The notes beneath the pieces are model-generated. The model was given only the letters and a program-made list of their open reading frames with translations. It ran no database searches and was not told where the DNA came from. The translations under genes were made by a program, and so were the position numbers. A stretch of DNA of 64,000 bases from Octopus vulgaris. Taxonomy: Eukaryota. How positions within the stretch are numbered: position 1 is the stretch's first letter; each line of letters opens with the position of its first letter. Location of the stretch: NCBI GenBank assembly GCA_951406725.2, contig OX597830.1:41354001-41418000 (forward strand), read 5' to 3'. Of this stretch, positions 12,398 to 26,844 are shown piece by piece.

Positions 12398-13666
12398 TAC
12401 ACACATATGTGTATATATATATGTGTATATATATATGTAAAAGAGTAAAGAGAGTATATATATATATATATATATATAAATATATATAACAATATATATA
12501 TATATACTTCATTTTTGTATGGTTTGCATGATTGTTTATGTAAATTCGTGTGTTGAAGCAAATTTTGTTGCGTCTGGGGAGAGTCATACAGCCATAGTAT
12601 CTAACGTACCCACCGGTTATGCATATGTGTGGGTATATGAATGTATATATATATATGCACATATATTTATACGTGTATATATCTACTGGAGGCACACTGT
12701 CACACACATACACACTCATACAGGCATGTGTATGTTTATTTTGCCGCTTCTGTAACGTTAAAGATGAATGCTTGCCAGGTATGCATATTGGATGAATGAT
12801 TGTATTTTAATATGTAATATTTCATTATTAATAATGACATGGAGTCAAATCGAAAGGTGCATATGTGACTGCGATAAACTGCATGTATACATGTACATGA
12901 GTATACATACATACATACATACATATATATACACACGCACAAACACACATACAAATACACACATGTACCTATATATATACATATATATGTGTATATGTAT
13001 GTACATATATATATGTATTTATATGCATGTATTTGATGTGTGCATGTATATATATATATGTGTATGTGTGTGTGTATGTATGTATGTATATATATATATA
13101 TGTATGTATGCATGCATATTAATGTATGTATATATATATATACATATCTGTATGCATGTATATATATGTATATATACATATGTATATATATGTGTATATA
13201 TATGTATTTATGTATGTATATATATATTATGTGTGTGAGTGTATGTGTGTAAGTATGTATATGTATGTATGTACATATGTATGTGTGTATTATGTATGTA
13301 TGTGTGAACGTATGTAGGCTGGTGGTTATGTAGGTAGGTAGAAGTATGTAGATATATTATTATTGAATTTGTATCAAATCAATGTAGTCAAATTCAATAA
13401 AGTAATTTTGATGGGCAGCCAACACTTGCCTCATGTTCTTTGGTTCCATATGTAACAGTGAAATGAAATATTCCACTACAATCCTCATGAGTCAATGCTT
13501 AGGAGATTGAATACCCTTCCACCCACATTACTTTATTCTCTGGGCCCACGTGGTCTTTTAAATACCAACCTACCAAATGTTCTTATTTTAGAGTTGCATA
13601 GTTTACATGAAGCATTGTCTGATACATAAATGTTTTAATCGTTTGTTTTTTTATAAAGCCAAAACA

Positions 13667-13930
13667 TTATAAGTTATGAGAAATAATACGTGACTTGATG
13701 GTTTATATTTTTACTTTGTATTTCAATATTTTGGAGTTAGAACATCTTTAGGAAATCTTCAGAGAAATGGTATTGTGAGCTGACTTCTCTATTGTGTAGG
13801 CCATTTAATGAAGAGATGGGATTCACAACACTGTTTCTCTAAAAGTTTCTTGAAGTGGGAGTCCTAACACTGAAATATTGAAATATAAGGAAATACAAAC
13901 CATCGACTTGTATTACTTCTTATTTTAATA
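13667..13930. repeat. Fold-back palindrome, ~110-bp diverged arms
   Basis: GATGGTTTATATTT...TATTTCAATATTTT...AGAGAAATGGTATTGTGA is mirrored by TCACAACACTGTTTCTCT...AAATATTGAAATA...AAATACAAACCATC. Confidence 0.75.
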
Positions 13931-14776
13931 GTGTGTGGTGTGTGTGTTTATATATGTGCATATATTGCAAGAGATTAGAATGCACTTCCAGTGACAATAT
14001 GTTTCTCCAAAGCTCTTTGATTATTTTTTTCCTTCCATTTGAAAAGGGGAATCTTTCCTGAAATATTGATTCATTATACAACCTATGTAAGATAATAAAT
14101 CATCTCCTCTCTTAGTTTTCATTTATTGATATCACTCATTACCCACGCTGCTCAAAAGTTTCTTTCAAACATATCATTACATGTGTATATTTATATATAT
14201 GTAAGTGTGCATGTGAGTGAGTATTAATTGATATTAATTAACAAACATTAATACCAGAAATGTACTTGGAACAAGCAAATCCAAAAGACTCAGTTTTCAG
14301 CACTGTTGACAGTACTATATTAATGATTTCTAGCTTAGACACAAGGCTAAAATTTTTGTGCAAATAGATATTATCAATTATATCAAACCCTGTAACTGAC
14401 TTGAAATCAATCTATTATTTTACCAATCCCAGAAGGATAATGGGTAATGACAACTCCTAGGCTTCAGGTGAGAACTATCATTCTAGATTCACAAACATTG
14501 GTGCAGCTTCATTCATTTATCTTTGGTTATCATTTTCACCTCCTCACTATTTTATGTTGTTTTAAAGAGGTGATGGCTATGGTTGTTGTCATTTCATTTG
14601 TTAATTCATTGATTTCTCTAATTGTTATTTATCATATTTGCTGTTATATATCTATATATACTGTTTCATGAAGGGTTTTTTCTTTTCTTTTTTGAGAAAT
14701 AGTTTCTCTGCATATTGTGTAGCGTACACTTGAGTGAAATTCCTCTCCTCTCTATTATATATACATACATACGAAC

Positions 14777-15661
14777 GTAGTAGGTAACAGCTAGCCTTTG
14801 CCACATTTTGGATCCTGTTGTGTCCACTACTCTGATTGGCTGGTATTGGCGCAATTTGTCTCTTGCTTTAGCGTGTGTCAATATGCAACCCAACCAATCA
14901 CAGCCTTCAAATAAGGTCATGTGTGACAGCCTGTTTTCTACCCAACTTTGAGCCTACAACTTATAAAAACTCCAACTTCTCATCGCCTCGAGGTCTTTGG
15001 TTACAGACCTTTTGAGGTCTAGCCACTGACCACACAAGACACAGCCAGTTCCAGTGACAACACAAACAGCAACTACGTTGAGACTTACCAACTTCATCCA
15101 AAAGCATTCAGCGACCTCCATCTCCGCCACCACCATTCGTCCTAATGTCAACATCTCTCTACGTACACAACTCAACAAGCAACTCACCCAGGATACAACA
15201 CTGCACTGTTCGTGAACTACTTCACCATGGATCAACAGTGAATATACAACCTGCAAGAACTCCTGTACCAAGTGATCCAGGCAGCAGCATCACAGCCATA
15301 ACTTCACGTACAACATGTACCTCAACCGGCTCTGCATCATCACTGCAACTTCTTGATACAGTATTCCAACTGTCATGTACAATTGACTACAAATTGATAT
15401 TCTCATTCTTGTGTCTATGAACATTCTTCTAACTTCTCATTATAAACTCTTTCAATGATTCTCTTCTTCATTACTATTCTTATCTGAATTTAATGCACAC
15501 ACATACATCAATGCCTACACACACACATACACTTTGTTCTCATGATGGCCTGTCTATTGTTCTGTATACATGACACACACACAGTCATACATGTTAACAT
15601 ATCAATAAATCTTTCTCTTAAACATTCTACTCTGTTGTGTCTCGCTTTTCCCTCTGGCACA
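14777..15661 (+). mobile_element. Probable solo LTR (LTR retrotransposon)
   Basis: GC-richer ~880-bp block with ATTGG/CCAAT boxes (14835, 14894), TATAAAA (14962), AATAAA (15604) and a downstream T/G-rich segment ending in CA. No clear TSD. Confidence 0.5.
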
Positions 15662-16640
15662 TATATGCATTATTTTTTTATATTTATTGTATTGACTGTG
15701 TGATGTACTAAGGAGCCATTCTCATCCCCTCGCTTCACACGGTCATTACAATTGTTTCTCATTGGCCATTTCTGTCTCTGCTTGTTGATTTCTTCGTCAT
15801 ATCCTGTTTGGCTAATCTGTGTCATTAGTATTATTCTGTGTATGCTCTCATCCATATGTTTGCTTAAGTAGTTTTTCATGAGATCTTCATTGCAACTGTA
15901 ACAGAAATAGCAGTAGAGATACAATAATGCCAACAGTAATCCACAGTAAAGCTTCACCATTTAGCAACATCAGATATAAATTGTAAACTCCCAACAAAAT
16001 ATATATCAAAAACATTTTTAATGATGGCAGACATAGAAATATACATTAAGTAGATACAACAACAGGATATGAATGATGTAGTCGACAGGCAGAATCAGAT
16101 CAAGTACAACTCAATGATCAATGAATAAATAATTAAAGCTATCAAAGCCAGACAAAGCCTTGCAAAACAGCTTGCAAATTTGTAATCAGCAAGTAGACAC
16201 ATTTACTGAATTGGCCAGTGGGAAGCAATATATAAATAAACAACAATCTAACAAATGAAAAAGTAGAAGATATAAAATATTGGCAACTCTTGACAATGAC
16301 AATAAAACAACATAAGAAACCAGTATAGGAAAATTAGACAGACGCACACACACACACATACATACACATGTACATTATATATATATATATATATATGTTT
16401 TTATATTATATGGATATGTATACATATGCATGTGTGTGTGTGTATATATATATATATAGAAAGACCAAGAGAGAGAGAGATGAGGGATACATTCATAAAT
16501 ATTCATATATATATACACACACACACACACACATATACATATATAAATTTATACACATATACTTACGTATGTATATGTCTGTATATATAGATACATATAA
16601 ATAAATAAATACACACACTCATACACACACACACACACCC

Positions 16641-16713
<73 letters not shown>

Positions 16714-16749
16714 TGCATATACATATATATATATACATACATATATATA

Positions 16750-17591
16750 TATGAAATCTGGTCAATAAGTATCCTCACTGTTGCCATAGTAACGAAGCTA
16801 AAGCATGCATAGTAAAGCCACTTCACAAAGATTGACCTTCAACTCTGTTGCACATGCACACTAAGTCTTAACGTTCTAGCTCACTTTAGCTGTTTACAGC
16901 AGTGCTTGGAAGGAAGGTGTCTAGTGTGTGTTTGTCACATCGACCATGACATAGAAAGTTGTCATGTCGATACCTGCTCAAAGGCCTATGCAAAGTTGCA
17001 GAGAGTGTATGTAGAGGGGTGTTGATATTGATGAATATCCTGGAAGACTCACAATCAACAGAACTGAGAAAAACATTGCAGATGTACATGCAGCTGTGAG
17101 GGGAAATTGTTAAATCACCATCCATGAGTTATCAGAGGATGTGCAGATTAGTTACGGTTCAGTTCAGTCCATAATCACAAAAGATTTGGTTATGAGACGT
17201 GTTCTGCCAAGTTTGTGCCAAAAACTGCTTTCAGCTGACGAAAAAGACACTTGAGTTTCAGGTGCAAAAGACTTACCTGATTGCGTTGAGAGTGGTTAAA
17301 ACTTTTTGAAAACTTTGCATAGGCCTCTGAGCAGGTATCACCAAGATTATGGCAAGCATTTGAAGCAGATTCTTTGTTCAACTTTCTGTCAAGGTGTGTA
17401 GTGTGTGATCATCACACTACACACCTTCCTTCCAAGTACTGCTGTAAGCAGCGGAAGTGGGGTAGAATGTTAAAACTTAGTGCGCATACACAGTCGAGTT
17501 CAAGGTCAATCTGTGCCAAGTGGCTTTACTCTGCATGCTTTAGCTTCATTACTATAGCAACAGTGCAGATACTTATTGATCAGACTACGTA
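16750..17591 (+). mobile_element. Internally deleted mariner derivative with ~210-bp inverted ends
   Basis: Arms 16750-16960 and 17378-17591 are reverse complements. The interior encodes PGRLTINRTEKNIADVHAAV...ITIHELSEDVQISYGSVQSIITKDLVMRR..AKFVPK (HTH plus WVPHEL-like motif). Flanks are TA. Confidence 0.9.
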
Positions 17592-17622
17592 TATTTATAT
17601 ATATATCTACACACACACACAT

Positions 17623-17668
<46 letters not shown>

Positions 17669-18233
17669 GCATATATGTACGCATGTATGTATACACTCAC
17701 ACACACCACATACACATACACATACAACATATATGATACAGATATGCTTACTCCCATGTATATAGGCACTTGTAGAAATGTGGCCATACTAACAATTCTT
17801 CCCTCTACTCGTAAGACATGGTCAGTTTTGGTGGTGGCTATCATGTGATTGTCTTCGTTCCTTTTCCTTTATTTGTGTCTAGCATCACACTACTTACTCC
17901 TCTCACTCATCCTCCTTCTCTTCTCCTCCTTCTCATGTATCTCTTTATTTCTTTTGTTATACTCTCACTTTCATGCGTCATTTTTTTCTCTTAATATACT
18001 CCAGTGCTTCATAGCAGTAATCTCCCTTGTGTGTCATATCTAACATATGCATATATATATATATATATGGTCCATTCCATGGTGTTTTTACGTTTTCGCT
18101 TCTCGTTGAGTTCTACGTCTATTTGTGGTGTCCTGTACACACGTATATATATTTATATATGCATGTATATATATATATGTAGGTGTAGGTACATACATAT
18201 ATGTTTGTATGTATGCATATATTTTATTTATTA

Positions 18234-18372
<139 letters not shown>

Positions 18373-18782
18373 TTATATAAACTACTGTTGATTCCAATAA
18401 TAATTCATTATTGTTGCTAACTCATGTTTTGTAACAACTGAATTGTTAAAAATTTCCATCTCTTACTGTAAACACTCAATCACTACACAAGAAAAAAAAA
18501 TTTTTTTTGTTTTCTTCTCTCAACCATCTAAATACTGTTCGGGGTAATTTTATCAAATTTTTTTTTGTGTCACCTTTTTCCATATTTTTGTTTTTAATTC
18601 TTGTGTTTTCTCTCTGGAAAAACTCAAACACATAAACAGAGAGACAAAAATTCATAAATGATATATGCGCACACACTATACATACAGATATATGTGTGTG
18701 TGTATATATATGTATATATATACACACACATACATACATACATACATATTTACATACAAACATACATACATATACATACATG

Positions 18783-18842
<60 letters not shown>

Positions 18843-19099
18843 TGTATGTATGTTTGTATATAGGAGGATAAAACAAATATTGCCCCTCTAGAAATTTTGA
18901 AAATATCTCCCTTGCCTTGTTCTACTCATTTGGTTTGTTTTGGTTTATTTTTCAATTGTTTTTTGTTTATATTTTCAGTTTTCCGTATAATGATGTTTCA
19001 TGGAAATGTTTTCTGTTTTAAACACATATGTATATACAAGACTCATATATATACACACAACTATATATGTGTGTGTATGTGTGCATGCATGTGCATATG

Positions 19100-19156
<57 letters not shown>

Positions 19157-19169
19157 ATGTATATGTGTA

Positions 19170-19237
<68 letters not shown>

Positions 19238-19267
19238 CATACATACATACATACATACATACATACA

Positions 19268-19302
<35 letters not shown>

Positions 19303-19639
19303 CATATTACAATTCTTATTTACCCTTTACCTCCTCATTCACCTATCCTTCTCTGATCAACCGATCCTCCTCTTCTCGCTGCCCTCAGAAATTGTTAATC
19401 AAGTTTTCATGGCTTGTAACTCTGCACTCTGTTAGAGTGGTGGGGATGCCCTCACCATTATCCATGAATAAAATTGTAAAATTTCAGAATAGTTTTTCAT
19501 GTTCTATTGGTGCCCATTTAATTTGCACCCAAAAATGTCAATTATTAAAATCTATGATATATTATCTTGCTTTTGTATGTAGTCCTTCATTCATTAAACT
19601 TCTTTGTTTTCTCAAATATATATACTGCAAACCTAGCTA

Positions 19640-19739
19640 ACTACCTATCTACCTACCTACCTACCTACCTACCTACCTACCTACCTACATACATACATAC
19701 ATACATACACATATACATACATACATACATTCATGCATG

Positions 19740-19771
<32 letters not shown>

Positions 19772-20097
19772 CATACATATATGCATACATACATACATAC
19801 ATGCATACATACATACATGCATACATATATACATACATACATGCATACATGCATGCATACATACATACATACATACATACATACATACATACATACATAC
19901 ATGCATACATATATGCATACATACATACATACATGCATACATACATACATGCATACATATATACATACATACATGCATGCATGCATACATACATACATGC
20001 ATACGTACATACATACATGCATGCATACATATATGCATACATACATACATACATACATGCATGCATGCATACATACATACATACATACATGCATGCA

Positions 20098-20130
<33 letters not shown>

Positions 20131-20292
20131 GCATGCATGCATGCATACATACATACATACATACATACATGCATGCATGCATACATACATACATACATAC
20201 ATACATACATACATACATACATACATACATACATACATACATGCATGCATACATACATACATACATACATACATGCATACATACATACATAC
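19640..20292. repeat. Compound tetranucleotide satellite (CTAC)n grading into (CATA/CATG)n
   Basis: ~650 nt of 4-mer repeat with interspersed TGCA/TATA variants. Confidence 0.95.
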
Positions 20293-20771
20293 AAATATAT
20301 AGACAGCTCGGCAAAAATGTTAGGAGGCTGTATTCACTACAGATATTAATGAAAAAGGAAATTGAATATGTAAACAGCAGAAGAGGATGAGGGACAAATA
20401 AATGTGGAAATCCTCTCCTCAGCTGTGGAAACCAGGCTACAAGTGCAGTTTCAGCACATTTAAATTCAAAAGATTTCAATTTCCATTGTGCTACTTATCA
20501 TGGTGTGCCAGCTACATAATAAAAATATCATTGATGTGATAGACAAACATGGACTACAACAAATAAGTAGGACATGAAATTATAGACAGAAATATTTAAG
20601 AGAGTAACAAAAGATATAGCTATATGAATATATATATGTATGTATATATATATGTATACATATATGTGCATAACTATAAATACAAACTATTGTATGTAAG
20701 TACACACATACACACACATGCACATGTATATATATATATGCATATCTATAAACACAAACTTTTGTATGTAA

Positions 20772-20840
<69 letters not shown>

Positions 20841-21436
20841 CATAGATATATGTATATCTATATAACTAGAGCTATCTCTATCTTTCTCTCTCTCTCAATA
20901 TATGTATACATGTGTTTGTGTGTGTGCGTGCATGTGTGTATGTGTGTGTGTGTGTAGACACACACATGCAGGCAGTGGTCTATTGATCAGGCACAGAAAA
21001 GAACAACATTCACTGAGAGGCTGAAGCTAAAGAATAAGGAAGAAGAGACTCAAGTCTCACACCATGGGATACAAGACAGACAGACAGACAGACTGGCAGG
21101 CAGGCAGACAGACAGGCAGACAGACAGACAGACAGACAGAGAGGTAGGCAAGACAGGCAGGTATTGCTAGAAATAAAAATAACTTTCTGAATAATAAAAA
21201 ATACTTCATTGTGTAAAGAGTTTAACAAAGAACTCAACGAACATAAAAATGTTCATTAATTATTCAAATCTAGTCTTGATGCACCAAATATCAATGACAT
21301 TGAATTGAAATTCAAGATAGAAACATAGATACACATAAGAATATATTACACATATCACTGCCCAGCGTCAATCGGACAATGAGATGTGATGATAATACAC
21401 TGCTAGTGACAAAGCACTTCTGCAAATTGCTCTGTA

Positions 21437-21476
<40 letters not shown>

Positions 21477-21477
<1 letters not shown>

Positions 21478-22205
21478 TCATCATCATCATTTAGCGTCCG
21501 CTTTCCATGCTAGCATGGGTTGGACGGGTCAACTGGGGTCTGTGAAGCTGGAAGGCTTTCAGGCCCGTCAGATCTGACAGTGTTTCTACGGCTGGATGCC
21601 CTTCCTAATGCCAACCACTCCGCGAGTGTAGTGGATGTTTTTTACGTGCCACCTGCACAGGTGCCAGACAGAGCTGGGGAACGGACACGAACGGATGGTG
21701 CTTTTACGTGCCACCGACATATATATATATATATATATATATACAGAAATATATACATATATATAAATATATATGTATGATATGCTGTGACTGCGAAGAC
21801 CTGACAAATGAAGTAAGTTCATGATGGCTTGCAGGACGGCCTGCTGTGCTTACCTTGGATTGTAGGGTGACTTGCTGTGCTTGAGGCGACCTATTGAGTC
21901 AAGTACATCAACATCAAAATAAAAATCAAATGGAGATTGTAGTTGTGATACCTGTGCCAATGGCATGTTAAAAGCACCATCCGAATGTGGCCGATGCCAG
22001 CACCGCCTTGACTGGCTTCCATGCCGGTGGCACATGAAAAGCACCCATTACACACACAAAATGGTTGGTGTTAGGAAAAGCATCCAGCTGTAGAAACACT
22101 GCTAGATCAGACTGGAGCCTGGTGCAGCCTCCTAGATTCCCAGACCCCAGTCAAACCATCCAACCCATGCTAGCATGGAAAACGGACATTAAACGATGAT
22201 GATGA
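21477..22205. mobile_element. Two family C elements in inverted orientation (21477-21720 minus; ~21830-22205 plus)
   Basis: (CAT)n-TTTAGCGTCCGCTTTCCATGCTAGCATGGGTTGGA at left is mirrored by TCCAACCCATGCTAGCATGGAAAACGGACATTAAAC(GAT)n at right. Confidence 0.85.
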
Positions 22206-22626
22206 TATATATATAAATGTGTGTATGTGTGTTTGTGTATATATATATATATATATATGTGTGTATGTATATATTTGTGTGTGTGTGTTTGTGTATGTGT
22301 GCATATGTATTTGTCTCCCTGCCATTGCTTGACAACCAATGCTGGTGTGTTCATGTCCTCGTAACTTAGCGGTTTAGCAAAAGAAACCGATAGAATAAGT
22401 ACTTGGCTTACAAAGAATAAGTCCTGGGGTCTATTTCTTCAACTAAAACCCTTCAAAGCTGTGCTCCAGCATGGCTGCAGTCAAATAACTGAAACAAGTA
22501 AAAGAATAAAAGAATATATTTCGTTTCTATAAGGTTGTCAAGAAAGTTCTTGCAGTTTTCAACCTTTAAATTCAGATGCACATATCTCGGCTGAAACAAA
22601 ACTTTATTAATTGAAATAAACACTGT

Positions 22627-23069
22627 GTCTGGCTCTGTAGTACAAATGTCTTGTTTTCATAAGTTCTGGATCTTACACCAAACCTTAGTCACAATTTATG
22701 TTCCCAACACTAGCTTAATGATAACAAAGTTATTTTACTAAATTCTTTGTTATATTTAAAATTAATTGAAAGAAACACAGAGCATCTCAACAGAAATATG
22801 GTAACAAAAGGGTTAAAATATATAATAGAGAAACAATTCTTAACCTTTTTGATACCAACCCGGTTGAAATTGCTTCTGGCTCAGTAGTACAAATGTCTTG
22901 TTTTCATAAGTTTTGAATTAAAACCTCTCACCAAACCTTAGTCACAATTTATGTTCCTAACACTAGCTTAATGGTAACAAAGTTATTTTACTAAATTCTT
23001 TGTTATATTTAAAATTAATTGAAAGAAACACAGAGCATCTCAACAGAAATATGGTAACAAAAGGGTTAA
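22627..23069 (+). mobile_element. Two tandem piggyBac-type MITEs (truncated 22627-22816; complete 22840-23069)
   Basis: TTAA-CCTTTTTGATACC...GGTAACAAAAGGG-TTAA termini; the two copies are nearly identical over ~150 nt. Confidence 0.8.
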
Positions 23070-23629
23070 CAAACCACTGGTGTTATAAATAGCTGACAAG
23101 CTGGAATGAATTTAAAATAGGTTCAATAATTTTTCTTGCACCCTAGTTTAGCAGAGATCTCATAACAAACACCTTGATGCTTGAAAATTTGTTATAGTTA
23201 TTTATTCATCTTATCATTGATTAAGCAAACTTATGGCCAGAAGGTCTGACCATGACCATCCAATCTATTTTTTCCTGCACAGTGTACTATGAACTAAATT
23301 AGCCTAAATGTTTTCTGAAGAAAATTTGGTCACTATTTCTAGCAGTAGCAGGTTTAGTGGCCATGCAGAGACTCCTTCGTTAAGCAATTGTGCTCAGGGT
23401 GTGAACTTGTTTGTGCAGTATCATCAGTCACCATTTTAGTTTAATTTGGTTGCAGCAAAATTCCGCTGCTGACAATTTACCTCCAGTGCCACAATCTTAT
23501 AGAATTATTGATGGTAATACAAAGAGAGTGAATTCTTCTAATGAGATGATTATGGGCATTGCTTGTAATCCTGATGCCAAATTGTGGTCTATTTGTGTGT
23601 GTGTGTGTGTGTGAGCTGACATTTGTTGA

Positions 23630-23722
23630 GTGTGTGTGTGAAGGTGTGTGTGTGTGAAGGTGTGTGTGTGTGAAGGTGTGTGTGTGTGAAGGTGTGTGTG
23701 TGTGAAGGTGTGTGTGTGTGTG
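23630..23722. repeat. Minisatellite (GTGTGTGTGTGAAG)n derived from a GT microsatellite
   Basis: Five GAAG interruptions spaced regularly at 16-nt intervals in a (GT)n tract. Confidence 0.85.
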
Positions 23723-24276
23723 TGTATTTATAAATATATAGATATGTGTGTGAGTTTTTGTATGTATACTTATATAAATATGTATGTGTATATTTATAAA
23801 CATATGTAAATATGCATGCCTCTGTGTATGCATATAGACACACACACATACATACATATATACATACTTACATATATATATATAACTGTGTACATACATA
23901 CATACATTCATACAATCATACAATCATACATACATACATACACACACACATACATACATGCATACATACATACATACATACATACATACATACATACATA
24001 CATACATACATACATACATACATACATACATGCATACATACATACATACATACACAATATGTTGACTTGAACAGAAATAGTACTGAATGCATAGAATGTG
24101 TTTATGAAATTTATTTGGTTGAAACCATTTATGCTATTACTCAGAGTTTCTATGCCTTGGACATTTTGGCTGGCACCAAGGGATATGTATGTGTGTGTAT
24201 GTGCACATACATGCATAAGAATTTGTGTGCGTATAAGTAAATGTGTGTGTGGGTATATGTGCATGTGTGTGTGTAT

Positions 24277-24338
<62 letters not shown>

Positions 24339-24475
24339 ATGTGTGTGTGCATGTGTATGTGTATTAGTATGTATTTGAATGGAATTCAATTTCAATTAAA
24401 TGAAGAAAACATCTCGAAAATATACACCTCATCTCTCTTTCTCAACAGCCACTCACCTCCTTTTACCTCTCCCCA

Positions 24476-24509
<34 letters not shown>

Positions 24510-26469
24510 TACACACACACACATATACATATAAAAGAATTATGATAGACTTAGAATAAACAAACAAACAAAGAAAAAAACAAACAAACAAGCAAACAAA
24601 CAATAAAGATTTAAGTTTTAAAAAATCGAAACAAAAATGGACCAAAAATGGAAAATTCTAATTGGAAGAAGAAAAAAAATCATATATTTCTATATATTTT
24701 ATATTTTTATTTTCATTGTTATTTTTATTTATTTGCTGCTTTTCAATAGTCGTTAGTTTTAGAAAACTATTGGATTTGATTTTCAGCATTCAGTTAAAAA
24801 TCAGAAAAATCAGACACAAATTGCGCCAAGTTAAATTGTCAGCAAAGACTTCATAAATAGGTGATTAACCCACCGACTCGGCCTAATCAATACTTTGCCC
24901 ATTGATTCAGAGATTTGAGAAAGGACAACAGCGGTTGTTTTCTAACATTATTTTATCATTGTGCCGAAGCAAGAGAGAGAGAAAGAAAAAAAGAAAAACA
25001 AAAAAAAAAGATAAAACCAAACACAATCTATAATATAAAAATAGAAAACTGTAAAGTAATAATATTCCAATTTTTAATGGTAAAACTTGTGACATTATCT
25101 CTCTTTCTCTCTCTCTCTCTTTATCTCTCTCTCTCTTTTTCTCTCCCTCTCTTTTTCTCTCTCTCTCTCTCTCTTTTCTTCCTCTCTCTCTCTCTTTCTC
25201 TGTCTCTTTTTCCTCTTTGTCTCTTTCTCTGGCCTTTGGAAGCCAATTTATAGAATGTAATAATTTCCTTTAAGTGAGTCACACACATATATATAGATTT
25301 TAGAGTCAACTGTTTGAATGCTTGGGATTTTTTTGGTGGACACGTGTGTGTGTGTTTGCATGTACAAACATACACACACACACATCCATACATACATACA
25401 CACATAACATACACACGCATACACATATAAACAAAGAAATATATGTATATATACATACACACTTACGCACACACACACACTCACACACATGTCATCATCA
25501 TCATCATCATCATCTGATGGCCATCTTCCAAGCTGGCACACTATTGGACAGTTCGATAATCTCTGCTTTTGGCATGATTTCTATGGCTGGCTGTTCTTCC
25601 TAATGCCAACCACTTTTCACTGTGTACCGGGTACTGTTTTCATGTACCAACTCTTGTGAAGTCACCATGTAAGTTACAAGGCTAAAAAGCCCCCTTGACT
25701 GAATGATGTAGAGAGTGAAGGAGTAGCAATGAGAGGTAGTATAGCCAGTACATCAGCCCCTCCACCACCATCGCCTCTGTCCCCATCTCTAACCAACTCT
25801 TTCTCTTCTCCTGCAACATTGGAAACTTCCCCCATTTACCCTTCCTGATCTTCTGTCCCCACTCTCTCTTTTATTCACCATCATGAACATTGGAGCTAAG
25901 TCCTAACAACTCATCAGGACATGGCCTCAAAATACAAGATGGTGAATATCCCTTTTTCCAGCAACTCCCATCCACTTTCATATATGACAGAGCAGCCACG
26001 TATCTCCTCTATTGTCAAGATATGCTTCAACACACGAACTCATATAAAGAATCTTGCAAACCAAATCCAAAAACGAAATATACATATTAAGTATACATAT
26101 AAGTATGTATATATATGTATGTATATAAAAGATATATTTAATACAATGTTAAGCATCATTTTCATGTGAGTACAGTTTATGTAGGTGGGCCTAACCAAAT
26201 ATTTATTCTACAATATCATGATTTTCGTGATTATTAAAAGAAAAATGGTAAGGAACAAATGGATATATTTATAACCGTTCTTTTTCCTGTCTCTCCTATT
26301 CATCATGGAAAATAATTTTATTGTTGTCTTCTTTCTAAGTATCTCATCTTTTGAATCTTGCATTGAAATGATTAAATATAAATATGCATAGATCATCCGG
26401 CCAACTAGCTTGACATTTTTTGCCACTTATTTACTTGGCTGTCTGTGTATCTACCTATTTCTAGCTATT

Positions 26470-26636
<167 letters not shown>

Positions 26637-26715
26637 ATCAATAAATGCATTCATACAAATGTACACACATGCACACACACGCATATGTGTGTATATGTGT
26701 GTGTGTATATGCATG

Positions 26716-26766
<51 letters not shown>

Positions 26767-26844
26767 TACATATATATGTAGATATATCTATATATATATA
26801 TGTATGTATACATACATATATATATATGTATATATGTATATATA

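Noticed and set aside
14520-14532. 12-nt match to the 5' end of miR-9 (TCTTTGGTTATC)
   Set aside because: The match does not extend and no hairpin partner is evident.
21280-21330. INDIELKFKIET, resembling a retroviral aspartic protease motif
   Set aside because: Too short and lacks the catalytic DTG; no continuous gag-pol could be traced.
23456-23513. Possible 58-nt exon QNSAADNLPPVPQSYRIID(G)
   Set aside because: Weak acceptor and donor, no recognisable domain, no partner exon.
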